Shown here in pieces: positions 27,794-38,216 of a stretch of DNA of 64,000 nucleotides. The notes below the pieces were generated by a model that searched no databases, was not told the origin of the DNA, and was given only the letters and a program-made list of their open reading frames with translations. The number at the start of each line of letters is the position of its first letter. Within the stretch, counting starts at the first letter, position 1. The stretch spans positions 2,623,935 to 2,687,934 of the forward strand of contig NZ_CP159486.1 of the NCBI RefSeq assembly GCF_041902845.1, in the 5' to 3' direction. Origin of the DNA: Limibacterium fermenti (lineage in GTDB: Bacteria > Bacteroidota > Bacteroidia > Bacteroidales > Dysgonomonadaceae). Position numbers and translations under genes: made by a program.

Positions 27794-28774
27794 ATGGAAA
27801 AAAAAGATTTACGTATTGTATTTATGGGAACGCCGGAATTTGCGGTTCCCTCATTGAAAGCATTGATTGAACACGGCTATAATGTGGTCGGCGTTATCAC
27901 GATGCCCGACAAACCGGCAGGGCGGGGCTATAAACTGCGCCCTTCGGCGGTAAAAGAATATGCTCTGTCAAAAGGATTGCACATTCTTCAACCCGACAAA
28001 CTAAAGAATGAGGTCTTTCTCAACGAACTGAAACGCCTCGAAGCCGATTTGCAAATCGTGGTGGCTTTCCGGATGCTTCCCGAAGTGGTTTGGAATATGC
28101 CCTCGAAAGGGACTTTTAATCTCCATTCGTCTCTATTACCTCAATACCGGGGCGCCGCACCCATCAACTGGGCTATCATCAACGGTGAGAAGGAAACCGG
28201 TGTGACGACCTTTTTCCTCACGCACGAAATCGATACGGGAAAGATCATTTTTCAAGACCGTACGCCCATCGAAACAAACGATACGGCCGAAACGCTTCAT
28301 GACCGCTTAATGGTGATGGGCGCCCACTTGGTACTGAAAACCGTCGATGCCATCCTCGACGATAACGTTACGCCTATTCCTCAAAACCGTTTGGTCGGGG
28401 ATACGCCGGAGTTGAAACCGGCGCCTAAGATCTTTAAAGAGGATTGCCTGATCGATTGGAACAAGCCGGTAGAAGTTGTCCGCAATTTCATCCGAGGGCT
28501 ATCGCCCTACCCTGCCGCTTACACGGAGTGGCAAGACGCCGACGGCGACACACACACACTGAAAATATTTGCAGCCGACATCATCGAAAAGGACTCTCCC
28601 GGCATCCCGGGAACGATAGACACCGATCATAAAACCTATTTGCATATAGCCGCCGCCGATGGGTACATGAGCGTTACGGACGTGCAATTATCGGGAAGAA
28701 AGCGCATGGACATCCGCGGATTCCTGAACGGATTCCACTTCAGTCCCACGACACAATTCGGTTCGTTTTCGTGA
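27794..28774 (+). CDS. fmt: Methionyl-tRNA formyltransferase
   Basis: The N-terminus IVFMGTPEFAVPSLKAL, an HxSLLPxxRG motif and the size all fit Fmt. Confidence 0.85.
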   Translation: MEKKDLRIVFMGTPEFAVPSLKALIEHGYNVVGVITMPDKPAGRGYKLRPSAVKEYALSKGLHILQPDKLKNEVFLNELKRLEADLQIVVAFRMLPEVVWNMPSKGTFNLHSSLLPQYRGAAPINWAIINGEKETGVTTFFLTHEIDTGKIIFQDRTPIETNDTAETLHDRLMVMGAHLVLKTVDAILDDNVTPIPQNRLVGDTPELKPAPKIFKEDCLIDWNKPVEVVRNFIRGLSPYPAAYTEWQDADGDTHTLKIFAADIIEKDSPGIPGTIDTDHKTYLHIAAADGYMSVTDVQLSGRKRMDIRGFLNGFHFSPTTQFGSFS

Positions 28775-30331
28775 TTACCATTTGTAGTTCAACCCGAACG
28801 TTAAGCTCTGGTTGACCTGCAAATATTTATACTTCTCGTTGGGAGGCACTCCATCGTCAAAACGAAGATAGAGATAAACGGAGGTAGAGAAATAATTACT
28901 CAACTTCATATCGAGCGTATTCTCAAATTCAGCCAACACATTTTCATAACTGGTGAAATACTTGAATCGCGAAGTCCAGGTAATATATTGATTGTATTTG
29001 AACTTGAAATTGGAAGTAATGGTAGAACCGAGTTCAAGCAAAGAGTTTTTTCCTTCGGGGATACCATATCGGGCAATATCGACCTTGTCATTCGCAATTA
29101 ACTTGTAATTGACGGATATAGGAGCAAGGTCAATGGTCAAATTCAACTGACGATGCCTTACCGACTGGAACGATTTATTCAGTTCGTATCTCATACCGAT
29201 ACCGGCATTTACATATAAAGGAGCTAATAATGCCGAAATCAAATCATTCTTATTTACCGGATAGTTATTAAACAACTGCGATTTGATTTCCGTATTCATC
29301 GAATAAGACCATTTTTTCAAAAATGCATCGATACCTAAGTTCCCATAATAGCGAATCATGTCATCGCCTATCCGATAATTTCGCAAGGTGTCGTCGGGAG
29401 CGGTGGAAAGCGACAACCGCCATTCAAGGGAATTATTGAATTTAACTTTATCTTTAGCATAATCAGCCTTCAAAATATGTTTATTGAAGATATTGACATA
29501 ATTCGTTCCGCCCTTATACCAGTTTTCCGAAAAGAAATACTGGGAGAACTGCAACGAGTGATCACCCGAAAAAACCCAATACTTACGACCGATCTGTACG
29601 CCCTCTATATTCGGAGCATCCAACGAAAAAGTGGACTGAGGTTTAATTAGTTCCCGCAAGGGATTGAAAGACTCCTTCACTTCCGCATCCCTTATTATCG
29701 GCGGGATCGAATCGAAATAAGCCACTGAATACTTCATCTGGTCGGGATGATCGATATAATATTGCCGTCTGACACTTTTCACAAAATCAAGGTGTCGTAA
29801 TTGGGGCGCAAACGTTTTTTCCTGAGGAATAAGAAATCCGAGGGAGGCGGTATCTTTAGGCGGATAAAACGATAAATCCCGCGGCAACATTTCGCCGGTA
29901 AATATCATCGGCAAGAACAACGGATCATAAAAGAGCGTATCTCGGAAGGTGAGTCCGCGCATCGATTCGGAGTTATACAATACCGGAGGCAAGAGTAACG
30001 TTCCGTTGGGTTTACGCGAATAGACGGAATCTAACGGATTGACAGGGGGAAGATAGATAACCGGCCTCGTCTTTGTCTTTTGCACCTCGAAGCGATTCGT
30101 ATCTATCGGTTGGAAAATGGCTTGCGGAACAACCGTAGGGGGATCGGGGGTATCCTGATTAACAGATCGTTTGACCTGGTTGCGGATATCGGTGATATCT
30201 CTAAAAAGATCCAAACTGTCAGACAAGTTTGTCGCGCCCTGATATGAATGACCATATAAGGGAAGCATTCCCACTCCACCGCCTATATAGGAAATGGCAA
30301 AAAAAATGAAAAACAAAACGGATTGTCTCAT
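28775..30331 (-). CDS. Hypothetical outer-membrane beta-barrel protein
   Basis: The 518-aa ORF has a signal peptide, alternating amphipathic strands and a C-terminal aromatic residue (…LNYKW). Confidence 0.5.
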   Translation of the reverse strand: MRQSVLFFIFFAISYIGGGVGMLPLYGHSYQGATNLSDSLDLFRDITDIRNQVKRSVNQDTPDPPTVVPQAIFQPIDTNRFEVQKTKTRPVIYLPPVNPLDSVYSRKPNGTLLLPPVLYNSESMRGLTFRDTLFYDPLFLPMIFTGEMLPRDLSFYPPKDTASLGFLIPQEKTFAPQLRHLDFVKSVRRQYYIDHPDQMKYSVAYFDSIPPIIRDAEVKESFNPLRELIKPQSTFSLDAPNIEGVQIGRKYWVFSGDHSLQFSQYFFSENWYKGGTNYVNIFNKHILKADYAKDKVKFNNSLEWRLSLSTAPDDTLRNYRIGDDMIRYYGNLGIDAFLKKWSYSMNTEIKSQLFNNYPVNKNDLISALLAPLYVNAGIGMRYELNKSFQSVRHRQLNLTIDLAPISVNYKLIANDKVDIARYGIPEGKNSLLELGSTITSNFKFKYNQYITWTSRFKYFTSYENVLAEFENTLDMKLSNYFSTSVYLYLRFDDGVPPNEKYKYLQVNQSLTFGLNYKW

Positions 30332-30423
30332 AATCTTTCAGTTGATATTCATTTTATACATTTTGGATACAAAGGTATAAAAAAACTTTCACTTTAAATA
30401 TCCGGTTTTGCAAACGTAGCCTA

Positions 30424-30545
30424 TTTTTGCGCCTTTAAACTTTCCTTTCTTTCAAGTAGCCCGCTATTTGAGGCGAAACGAAAGCCCAAATCCATCAAAA
30501 AATGACTAAAAAACGCCGCATAAAAAAATTCAAAACAGATTCTAA
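30424..30545. repeat. MITE-like family, copy C (core only)
   Basis: It is near-identical to the copy A core. The shared sequence is GCGCCTTT.AACTTTCCT…TAGCCCGCTATTTGAGGCGAAACGAAAG…CCATCAAAAAATGACTAAAAAACGCCGCATAAAAAAATTCAAAACAG. Confidence 0.6.
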
Positions 30546-30584
30546 TATATTTAAATAAAATGCAGCCGTAATCCAAAATATTTC

Positions 30585-30592
30585 ACTACTTT
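30585..30592 (+). promoter_or_regulatory. Candidate -7 promoter box TACTTTTG for the nfeD-floT operon
   Basis: It matches TAnnTTTG and sits about 60 nt upstream of the ATG. Confidence 0.35.
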
Positions 30593-30655
30593 TGCAGATA
30601 TCATTTTATTGTTAATTATTAATTGATTAGTATTCATTTTATAACTTAATACGAT

Positions 30656-31234
30656 ATGCAAGAGTGGTGGTTAATGCTGGATTCTTTCATGAAAATAATA
30701 TGGAGCATCGCTATTTTTTCATCGGCCATATTTATTATTCAGGCAATCTTAACGTTTATCGGAATGGACTCCGGAGCCGATTTTTCAGGTGATCTAGACG
30801 TTGATACTTCAAGCGATATAGATACGCCTTTTCAATTATTCACTTTCCGAAATCTGATTAATTTCCTCTTGGGATTCAGTTGGACGGTTATCGGATTGGA
30901 GTCTTCGGGGCTTTCTACGGCCGGAACGATCGTTTTAGCGGTTATCGTCGGGATATTATTGGTCATAGCAGTTATGCTTCTTTTCGTATGGCTGAACTCG
31001 TTTCAACAGTCCGGAACCATAACCATTTCGAAGACGATCGGCTGCAAAGGGAACGTTTACCTTACCATTCCGGGAGAACGAAAGGGTTTGGGATTAGTAC
31101 AGATTACCGTACAAGGCGCCGTACGCGAATATAGCGCGCAAACCGACGGCCCCACGCTATCCAATGGGGCGCCAATCCGCGTAATGGATGTCCTTTCCTC
31201 GAATATTCTTTTAGTGGAACCTACTGATAATTGA
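30656..31234 (+). CDS. NfeD-like membrane protein (YuaF-like short form)
   Basis: The 192-aa ORF has TM helices plus a C-terminal OB-fold-like segment and lies directly upstream of the flotillin gene. Confidence 0.65.
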   Translation: MQEWWLMLDSFMKIIWSIAIFSSAIFIIQAILTFIGMDSGADFSGDLDVDTSSDIDTPFQLFTFRNLINFLLGFSWTVIGLESSGLSTAGTIVLAVIVGILLVIAVMLLFVWLNSFQQSGTITISKTIGCKGNVYLTIPGERKGLGLVQITVQGAVREYSAQTDGPTLSNGAPIRVMDVLSSNILLVEPTDN

Positions 31235-31283
31235 TAACTCATAATTCATAATTCATAACTCATAATTCATAACTCTATACAAA

Positions 31284-32717
31284 ATGTATTCACCTCTGAT
31301 TATTGTCATCTTTGCAGTGGTACTTATTGTTACATTCGCTGCCATATTATCTCGTTATAAACGTTGTCCGTCCGACAAGATACTCGTCGTCTACGGGAAA
31401 ACAGGAAAAAATTCCGAAGGAGGCACGAGTTCGGCACGTTGCATCCATGGTGGAGCGGCGTTTATATGGCCGGTCTTCCAAAGTTATGCTTTCCTCGATT
31501 TGACTCCCATATCGATTGAATGCAATCTGACGAATGCCTTGAGTAAACAAAACATACGGGTGGACGTTCCCTGCCGTTTCACCGTCGGTATTTCCACCGA
31601 TCCCGAAAGCATGACGAATGCGGCGGAACGATTATTGGGACAAAATACCGCCAGCATTCAAAATATCGCTACCGATATCCTTTTCGGACAATTACGTCTG
31701 GTGATTGCCACAATGGATATTGAAGAGATCAATGCCGATCGCGATAAGTTCCTTGCCAACGTAAGCGCCAATGTGGAAGCAGAATTACGGAAGATAGGAT
31801 TGAAGTTAATCAACGTGAATGTTACCGATATCCGAGACGAATCGGGCTACATCGAAGCACTGGGAAAAGAAGCGGCGGCAAAAGCCATCAACGAAGCCAA
31901 GAAGAGCGTTGCCGAACAAAACAGGTACGGCGAAATCGGCAAGGCCGAGGCCGACAGAGACAAAGACATCCGCATAGCCGAGACTGTGCGCGACACGCGC
32001 ATCCGCACTTCGCAAGCCAATGCGCTGGCAGTGGAGGGCGAAAACAATGCCAAGATAGCCATTGCCAATTCGGATGCCACACGCCGTGAAAAAGAAGCGG
32101 AAGCTGGCCGTAAGGCGGTCGCAGCCGAAAAAGTGCAGGCTGCGAAAGCGTTGGAAGAAGCCTATCAATCGGAACGAGATGCAGAAGTGGCACGCGCCGA
32201 TCGTGAGAAAGCAACTCAAAATGCGAATGTGGTCGTTCCGGCACAAATAGATAAGGAAAAAGCTATTATCGACGCGGAAGCCGATGCCGAACGCATCCGC
32301 CGTTTGGCCAAAGGAGAAGCCGATGCGATCTTCGCTAAAATGGATGCGGAAGCTCGCGGTACATTGGAGATTCTTACCAAACAAGCTACCGGTTACGACC
32401 AATTGGTAAAAGCGGCGAATAACGATCCTCAATTGGCGGCCTTACTTTTAATAACGGATAAATTACCGGAACTGGTCGGCAAACAAGTAGAAGCGATCAA
32501 AAATCTGAAGATCGATAAAATTACGGTTTGGGACAGCGGCGCCAATCCGAACGGCGGGAACTCAACGTCGAATTTCATCTCCAACCTCATGAAGTCGGTA
32601 CCTCCGCTGGAGGAATTGTTCAATCAGGCCGGACTAAGCCTTCCGTCTTATTTAAAAGGAGAAGATAAGAGCCCGGAAATAACCGATACTCCTTCGGTAG
32701 AGGTGAAAGAAGAATGA
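31284..32717 (+). CDS. floT: Flotillin-like SPFH/band-7 protein
   Basis: The 477-aa ORF has an N-terminal TM segment, an SPFH domain and an EA-rich coiled coil. It is paired with the NfeD gene. Confidence 0.8.
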   Translation: MYSPLIIVIFAVVLIVTFAAILSRYKRCPSDKILVVYGKTGKNSEGGTSSARCIHGGAAFIWPVFQSYAFLDLTPISIECNLTNALSKQNIRVDVPCRFTVGISTDPESMTNAAERLLGQNTASIQNIATDILFGQLRLVIATMDIEEINADRDKFLANVSANVEAELRKIGLKLINVNVTDIRDESGYIEALGKEAAAKAINEAKKSVAEQNRYGEIGKAEADRDKDIRIAETVRDTRIRTSQANALAVEGENNAKIAIANSDATRREKEAEAGRKAVAAEKVQAAKALEEAYQSERDAEVARADREKATQNANVVVPAQIDKEKAIIDAEADAERIRRLAKGEADAIFAKMDAEARGTLEILTKQATGYDQLVKAANNDPQLAALLLITDKLPELVGKQVEAIKNLKIDKITVWDSGANPNGGNSTSNFISNLMKSVPPLEELFNQAGLSLPSYLKGEDKSPEITDTPSVEVKEE

Positions 32718-32724
32718 AAATCTC

Positions 32725-33267
32725 ATGAATAAAAAACAAATAGCCCTTATAGCAGCAGGGACATTGGTCGCGGGAACGCTGATTTGGATGAACTCCCGTA
32801 CATATGCCCCTCAAGGTGCCGTCCCCATTTCCCCATTTAATCCCGACAAATACCTTGGCAAATGGTACGAAATAGCACGCACGGACGTCCGATTTGAAAA
32901 GGATATGATTAAAACTTCCGCCGAGTATTCCATGAATGCCGACGGAAGCATTAAAGTCATCAATCGCGGTTATCACTCCATAAAGAAACAATGGTCACGT
33001 GCCGAAGGAAAAGCCAAATTCAGAAAATCGCCCGATGTGGCCGCTCTGAAGGTCTCTTTTTTCGGGCCCTTCTACGGGGGCTACAACGTAGTTGCGCTCG
33101 ATGAGAACTACCAGTATGCCTTAATCATCGGTCGATCTCCCGAATACTTGTGGATCCTTTCGCGCCAAACCGTTATTCCCGAAGATATAAAAGAAACTTA
33201 TCTGCAAAAAGCGGCATCCTTGGGTGTCGATATCGACAAACTCGTATGGCCACAACATTCCCGATAA
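32725..33267 (+). CDS. blc: Bacterial lipocalin (Blc)
   Basis: DKYLGKWYEIAR is the lipocalin signature. The protein is 180 aa with a lipoprotein-like N-terminus. Confidence 0.8.
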   Translation: MNKKQIALIAAGTLVAGTLIWMNSRTYAPQGAVPISPFNPDKYLGKWYEIARTDVRFEKDMIKTSAEYSMNADGSIKVINRGYHSIKKQWSRAEGKAKFRKSPDVAALKVSFFGPFYGGYNVVALDENYQYALIIGRSPEYLWILSRQTVIPEDIKETYLQKAASLGVDIDKLVWPQHSR

Positions 33268-33344
33268 TAAAATAATAGGGACCTTCGCATATCATTAAAG
33301 GAATCAAAAGCAGACTATTCATTGTTTTTTTAATGTAAGCAATC

Positions 33345-36002
33345 ATGAAAAAAGTACTTTTATTTTTTTGCTTGTGCCTCTTCTTTACAGGCGCCGCAGC
33401 AATAGCTCAGGAAAGTACGGAAGAAGCCGATTCTGTGAGCGTGCGCTTTATGGAGCAACTTTACGTTTTTCCCCAGGAAAAAATATATCTGCAAACCGAT
33501 AAATCGGATTATCTTTCCGGGGAACAAATCCGGTTTCGGGCGCATTTGGTGAATGCCGCCGATCACAAACCGGTATATATAAGCCGCTATGTGTATGTAG
33601 AAATCATTAACCCGGCGGACGATGTGGTAAAACGGGTCAAAATACGCCCCGACAGCACCGGTTCGTATCACGGTTATCTCAATCTTGCGGACGATTTGCC
33701 CGAAGGCGCCTACACGCTGAGGGCTTACACGAAATATATGCGGAATCAGGGGGAGGACTATTTCTTCCGGAAAACGGTACGGATACTCAATCCTTTTTCC
33801 CTGCAATTGGGAACCGTTCCTTCTTTCGTTGTAGGAAAAAACAATGTACAGGCATCGTTCCGCTTCGTAGATGTGCAGAAGGGCGATACCGTGGCACCCG
33901 AAATCGTCTCCTGGAAACTTAAAGGGAAACCGGTAAAGACAGTGAATCCTACGGGAAAGACGAATTTCCAATGGAAATTTCAGTTGCCGGAAAAAGAAAA
34001 GAACCGATCGATGCTGATAAGCCTTGTCTATAAAAACCGTAAATACAACCGGTATTACACCCTTCCCTATGCAGCGGACGATTTCGAGGTGGCGTTCTTC
34101 CCCGAAGGCGGATATATGGTGCCGGCCAAAACCTGCCAGGTGGCGTTTAAATCACTGAACACTTCGGGATTGGGAGAAGATATTTCGGGCAACCTATATA
34201 ATTCGAAGGGAGAAGAAATCGTCGCTTTCGAAAGTTTACATTTAGGGATGGGATTTTTCAATTTTGTCCCTGCCGCCAACGAAACCTACTACGCCGTTTG
34301 CAGGAATACACAGGGGGTCGATAAGCGATTCGCCCTACCGGCGGTACAACCTGGGGCAAAGGCCCTTTCCGCCCGTTTCGTAGGGGCGAAACTCATCGTT
34401 GCCCTGCAATCCGAAGCGAAAGTACAAGAACCTTTTTCATTGCTCATTCATCAGAGAGGGCAAGTACTGTATCACGCTCCCTGGAATCCGGCGACGGAAG
34501 TCTATACCTTTCCGGCCACATTTTTTCCATCGGGTGTGATCAGCATTCTGCTGCTCGATGCGCGAAAGCAAATCATAAGCGAACGGATGGTCTTCACCCT
34601 GAACGAAACGGATTTCCCGGCCATCCACACATCACTCTCCAAACCGTCTTACACCACCCGAGACCATATACTACTCAAACTGAATGCAGAGAATGCCGAT
34701 TCTGTTTTTTCGGCCGGAAGTATCGCCGTCTCGGTGACGGATAATCATACGGTAGCCCTCGATACGACAATCGATATCGTTTCGACGTTGCTCTTATCTT
34801 CCGACCTGAAAGGATATATCGAATCCCCGGCCTCTTACTTCCGGGGAAACAAAATGAATAAATACGCGTTGGATGCGCTGATGATGACCCAAGGATGGCG
34901 AAGATACGACATCCCGGCTGTGTTACGAGGCGACATTCAGACACCCGATGCGTTCGCACCGGAGGTCTCCCAGCAGATATCGGGAAAAGCAGACGGCCTA
35001 TTCCGCTCCTTAAAAGAAGGACATATCAGTTTGCTTGCCTCTTTGGATTCTTTAGTCACGACGGAAATGACCCAAACCGATGACAAGGGCCGGTTTACAT
35101 TCAATGTGGAATTTCCCGAAGGCACGGCCTTTACCATCCAATCATTGAGCAAGAAAGGGAACAAGAACAATCTCATTGAAGTAGAACGCGAAAGCTTTCC
35201 CGAAAGCGCGTATGCAGGGCTACCGGAAAGGCTTGATTTCGCCAACGGACCGACGGACAATGAAAAAGCTTATCTGGAGAAAGCGAATGAAGCATATATT
35301 CAAAAATATGGTATCCGCACCATCGATCTGGAAGAAATAACGGTCACCGGGCATAAACCGGGAAAATACGAAGAATCCGTTTATTATTCCGCTTTATCGG
35401 CTACCGGCCTACGCACAGCGGAAGATATCGAGAAGATGGCCGTAAGCAGCTTAAAATCGCTCTTATATACGCAACCGGGGATCGTTGTGAGAAGTGACAA
35501 AATAACAACCTCCACCTCTCAAACACCCGTCGCTTTTATTATCGATAATATTACCTATGAAGACTTTTTTGACCGCTTGGACGATATCGATGTCAGTAGC
35601 ATTGATAACCTGTTCGTCGTAAAAGATAATTCTTTCCTGCCGGGATATTTTCCCAACACGAACGGAGCGATTGTCATTACCACCAAAATGGGATATGAAC
35701 CCAAACCGAGGAAATCGCTGAATATCGAACAGATCATTCCCTTAGGATATCAACAAGCCGCTGAATTTTATTCTCCCGTCTATGAAACGCCGGAACAAAA
35801 GAACGCGTCCGCTCCCGATCTGCGAACAACAATCTATTGGAAACCAAATGTCCGCTTTTCGGAAGACGGCGAAGCAACCGTAGACTTCTACTCGGCCGAC
35901 AGCGCAACCACTTACACGGTAACCGGCGAAGGTGTAAGCGGTTCAGGAAAGATGATTCGTTTCTCTTCCGAAATCCAGGTGAAGGGAAAGGATGAGCCGT
36001 AA
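33345..36002 (+). CDS. Large secreted hypothetical protein with a C-terminal TonB-receptor plug-like domain
   Basis: The 885-aa ORF has a signal peptide. The C-terminal region (ITVTGHKPG…TAEDIEKM…PGIVV…AIVITTK) resembles a plug domain. Confidence 0.45.
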   Translation: MKKVLLFFCLCLFFTGAAAIAQESTEEADSVSVRFMEQLYVFPQEKIYLQTDKSDYLSGEQIRFRAHLVNAADHKPVYISRYVYVEIINPADDVVKRVKIRPDSTGSYHGYLNLADDLPEGAYTLRAYTKYMRNQGEDYFFRKTVRILNPFSLQLGTVPSFVVGKNNVQASFRFVDVQKGDTVAPEIVSWKLKGKPVKTVNPTGKTNFQWKFQLPEKEKNRSMLISLVYKNRKYNRYYTLPYAADDFEVAFFPEGGYMVPAKTCQVAFKSLNTSGLGEDISGNLYNSKGEEIVAFESLHLGMGFFNFVPAANETYYAVCRNTQGVDKRFALPAVQPGAKALSARFVGAKLIVALQSEAKVQEPFSLLIHQRGQVLYHAPWNPATEVYTFPATFFPSGVISILLLDARKQIISERMVFTLNETDFPAIHTSLSKPSYTTRDHILLKLNAENADSVFSAGSIAVSVTDNHTVALDTTIDIVSTLLLSSDLKGYIESPASYFRGNKMNKYALDALMMTQGWRRYDIPAVLRGDIQTPDAFAPEVSQQISGKADGLFRSLKEGHISLLASLDSLVTTEMTQTDDKGRFTFNVEFPEGTAFTIQSLSKKGNKNNLIEVERESFPESAYAGLPERLDFANGPTDNEKAYLEKANEAYIQKYGIRTIDLEEITVTGHKPGKYEESVYYSALSATGLRTAEDIEKMAVSSLKSLLYTQPGIVVRSDKITTSTSQTPVAFIIDNITYEDFFDRLDDIDVSSIDNLFVVKDNSFLPGYFPNTNGAIVITTKMGYEPKPRKSLNIEQIIPLGYQQAAEFYSPVYETPEQKNASAPDLRTTIYWKPNVRFSEDGEATVDFYSADSATTYTVTGEGVSGSGKMIRFSSEIQVKGKDEP

Positions 36003-36017
36003 TTCGGATACTCCCGC

Positions 36018-36644
36018 CTATCGGGCGAAACCTTTACTTTTTTGCAAGCTACGGTTGATATCTTCGATATAATCGAGTATTTCCTCCCGACCCGTTCCTT
36101 CCTCCGAAGAAGTGACGAAAACAGGCGGCAATTCCTCCCACGTTTCATGCAAGGTCTCTTTATAGGCATCGATATTCATTTGAAGCCGACCGGTTCCCAG
36201 TTTATCTGCCTTTGTAAAGACAATCGAGAAGGGAATGCCCTGCTCGCCCAACCACTCAATAAACTCCAAATCGATCTTTTGCGGTTCATGCCGAGAGTCG
36301 ATGAGGACAAAAAGCGAGGTCATGGCTTCCCGCTCTAAGATATATCCCTCAATGATCTCCCGCAATTTCTCGCGGCTTTCTTTTCCTCTACGGGCATATC
36401 CATATCCCGGAAGGTCCACCAGATACCATTCGTCATTCACAACAAAATGATTGATGAGAACGGTCTTCCCCGGTTTGGCCGACGTCAGGGCCAAGCCTTT
36501 TCGGTTCGTCAACATATTAATAAGCGACGACTTCCCGACATTCGAACGCCCGATAAACGCATACTCCGGCTTCCCGTGTTGGGGGCATTTATGGAAATCG
36601 GTATTACTTATTACAAACTCAGCACTTTTAATGATCATATTCAT
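36018..36644 (-). CDS. engB: Ribosome biogenesis GTP-binding protein YihA/EngB
   Basis: [12 protein letters not shown] (G1) and DLPGYGYA motifs are present. The protein is 208 aa. Confidence 0.85.
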   Translation of the reverse strand: MNMIIKSAEFVISNTDFHKCPQHGKPEYAFIGRSNVGKSSLINMLTNRKGLALTSAKPGKTVLINHFVVNDEWYLVDLPGYGYARRGKESREKLREIIEGYILEREAMTSLFVLIDSRHEPQKIDLEFIEWLGEQGIPFSIVFTKADKLGTGRLQMNIDAYKETLHETWEELPPVFVTSSEEGTGREEILDYIEDINRSLQKSKGFAR

Positions 36645-36694
36645 TCACTTATCAATCTCATTCAATCTACATCAATCTCTTACGGCGTAAGCCA

Positions 36695-38203
36695 TTATCG
36701 CGAGCGAAGCGAAGCACTATCAGCGGCGCTGTTATCGGCGAAGCTATGCCCCTTCCCCGACAGCAACCACAGTCCCAATGCCGTAAAACCTCCATTCATT
36801 AACAGCAATTCATATCCGACCGTATACTGAAACAGTTGCTTCATCCCTATTTCAATGACGAAACAAAGAATCGGCGACGCAACGGCCACATAAGGCACCC
36901 ATTTATCCACAGGCCGTAGCTTCGTATAAAGTCCGCAGAAATAGAGGCCTAATAACGGTCCATACGTATACGACACGAGTTTATACAACGCCGTAAGAAT
37001 ACTGTCGGAGCCAATCGCATAAATTCCGACAATCACCAATCCGAAAGCGACACTCATGGCGATATGCACTTTATGGCGGATGGCGACGTTTTTCTTCTCC
37101 AACGTTTTATCTCCGCCACTGTCGCTCATCGCCATAATATCCACACAAAAAGAAGTGGTCAGGGCAGTTAGAGCCGAATCGGCACTGGCAAAAGCGGTAG
37201 CGGTAATTCCAATAATAAAAATAGCCAAGACGCCCGACCCTAAATATTCACTGATAATATACGGCAGGATATTGTCCGACACTTCCGGCAAGACGATTTG
37301 GTTTTGCCCGGCATATAATAATAAAAGAACACCCAAACTCAGAAATAGCAAGTTCACGGGAATAAAGGCAAAGCCGTACGAAAGCATATTCTTACGGGCA
37401 TCCTTGAGGCTTTTGATAGTGAGGTTTTTCTGCATCATCCCTTGGTCGAGCCCTGTCATCACGATAGTAATAAACACACCGCTGAAAAACTGTTTAAAGA
37501 AGTTCTGGGTGCCGGCCCAATCATCGAACACAAAAATGCGGGAATGCGGATCACGAGCAATGGTCGTGACCATTCCTCCGAAATCCAACTTCAATTCGGA
37601 AGCCACATGCCAGACAATCAACACCAAGGCCGTAAAAAAGAAAAGCGTTTGCAGCCAATCCGTCCAGATAATCGTTTTGATCCCACTGCGATGACTATAA
37701 AGCCATATAATAAAGATGATGACGGACGTCGTCACAAAAAAAGGCACATTCCATGCATCGAACACCAAAAATTGCAGGATGGAAACGGCCAGATAAAGTC
37801 GTGTGGCAGCCACACCGATCTTGGATATCAAGAAAAACCATGCGCCGGTCTTATACGACTTTCTGCCGTAACGTTGTCCCAGATAACCATAAATACTGAC
37901 CAGATTCAACCGATAATACAACGGCAACAGCACATACGCTATGACGAGATAACCGAAAAAGAAGCCCAACACCATTTGCATATAGGTCATATCCAAGCCC
38001 CGAACCATCCCGGGAACCGATACGAAGGTCACTCCCGAAATAGAGGTGCCGACCATGGCAACGGCTACGACATACCATTTCGACGAGCGGTTGGCGCGGA
38101 AAAAAGCATCGTTGTCCGACCCTTTCCGGCCGGTAAGATACGATATCAACATCAGTACCGCAAAATAAAGGACTATAATAAGCAGAATAAAGCCTGCGTG
38201 CAT
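36695..38203 (-). CDS. Sodium:solute symporter family transporter
   Basis: The 502-aa ORF has about 13 TM helices and the SSF-typical N-terminal region. Confidence 0.75.
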   Translation of the reverse strand: MHAGFILLIIVLYFAVLMLISYLTGRKGSDNDAFFRANRSSKWYVVAVAMVGTSISGVTFVSVPGMVRGLDMTYMQMVLGFFFGYLVIAYVLLPLYYRLNLVSIYGYLGQRYGRKSYKTGAWFFLISKIGVAATRLYLAVSILQFLVFDAWNVPFFVTTSVIIFIIWLYSHRSGIKTIIWTDWLQTLFFFTALVLIVWHVASELKLDFGGMVTTIARDPHSRIFVFDDWAGTQNFFKQFFSGVFITIVMTGLDQGMMQKNLTIKSLKDARKNMLSYGFAFIPVNLLFLSLGVLLLLYAGQNQIVLPEVSDNILPYIISEYLGSGVLAIFIIGITATAFASADSALTALTTSFCVDIMAMSDSGGDKTLEKKNVAIRHKVHIAMSVAFGLVIVGIYAIGSDSILTALYKLVSYTYGPLLGLYFCGLYTKLRPVDKWVPYVAVASPILCFVIEIGMKQLFQYTVGYELLLMNGGFTALGLWLLSGKGHSFADNSAADSASLRSR

Positions 38204-38216
38204 GGGACGATACGGG

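Noticed and set aside
31806-32432. 208-aa minus-strand ORF and several others inside the flotillin gene
   Set aside because: They are antisense shadows of the Ala/Glu-rich flotillin coiled-coil region.
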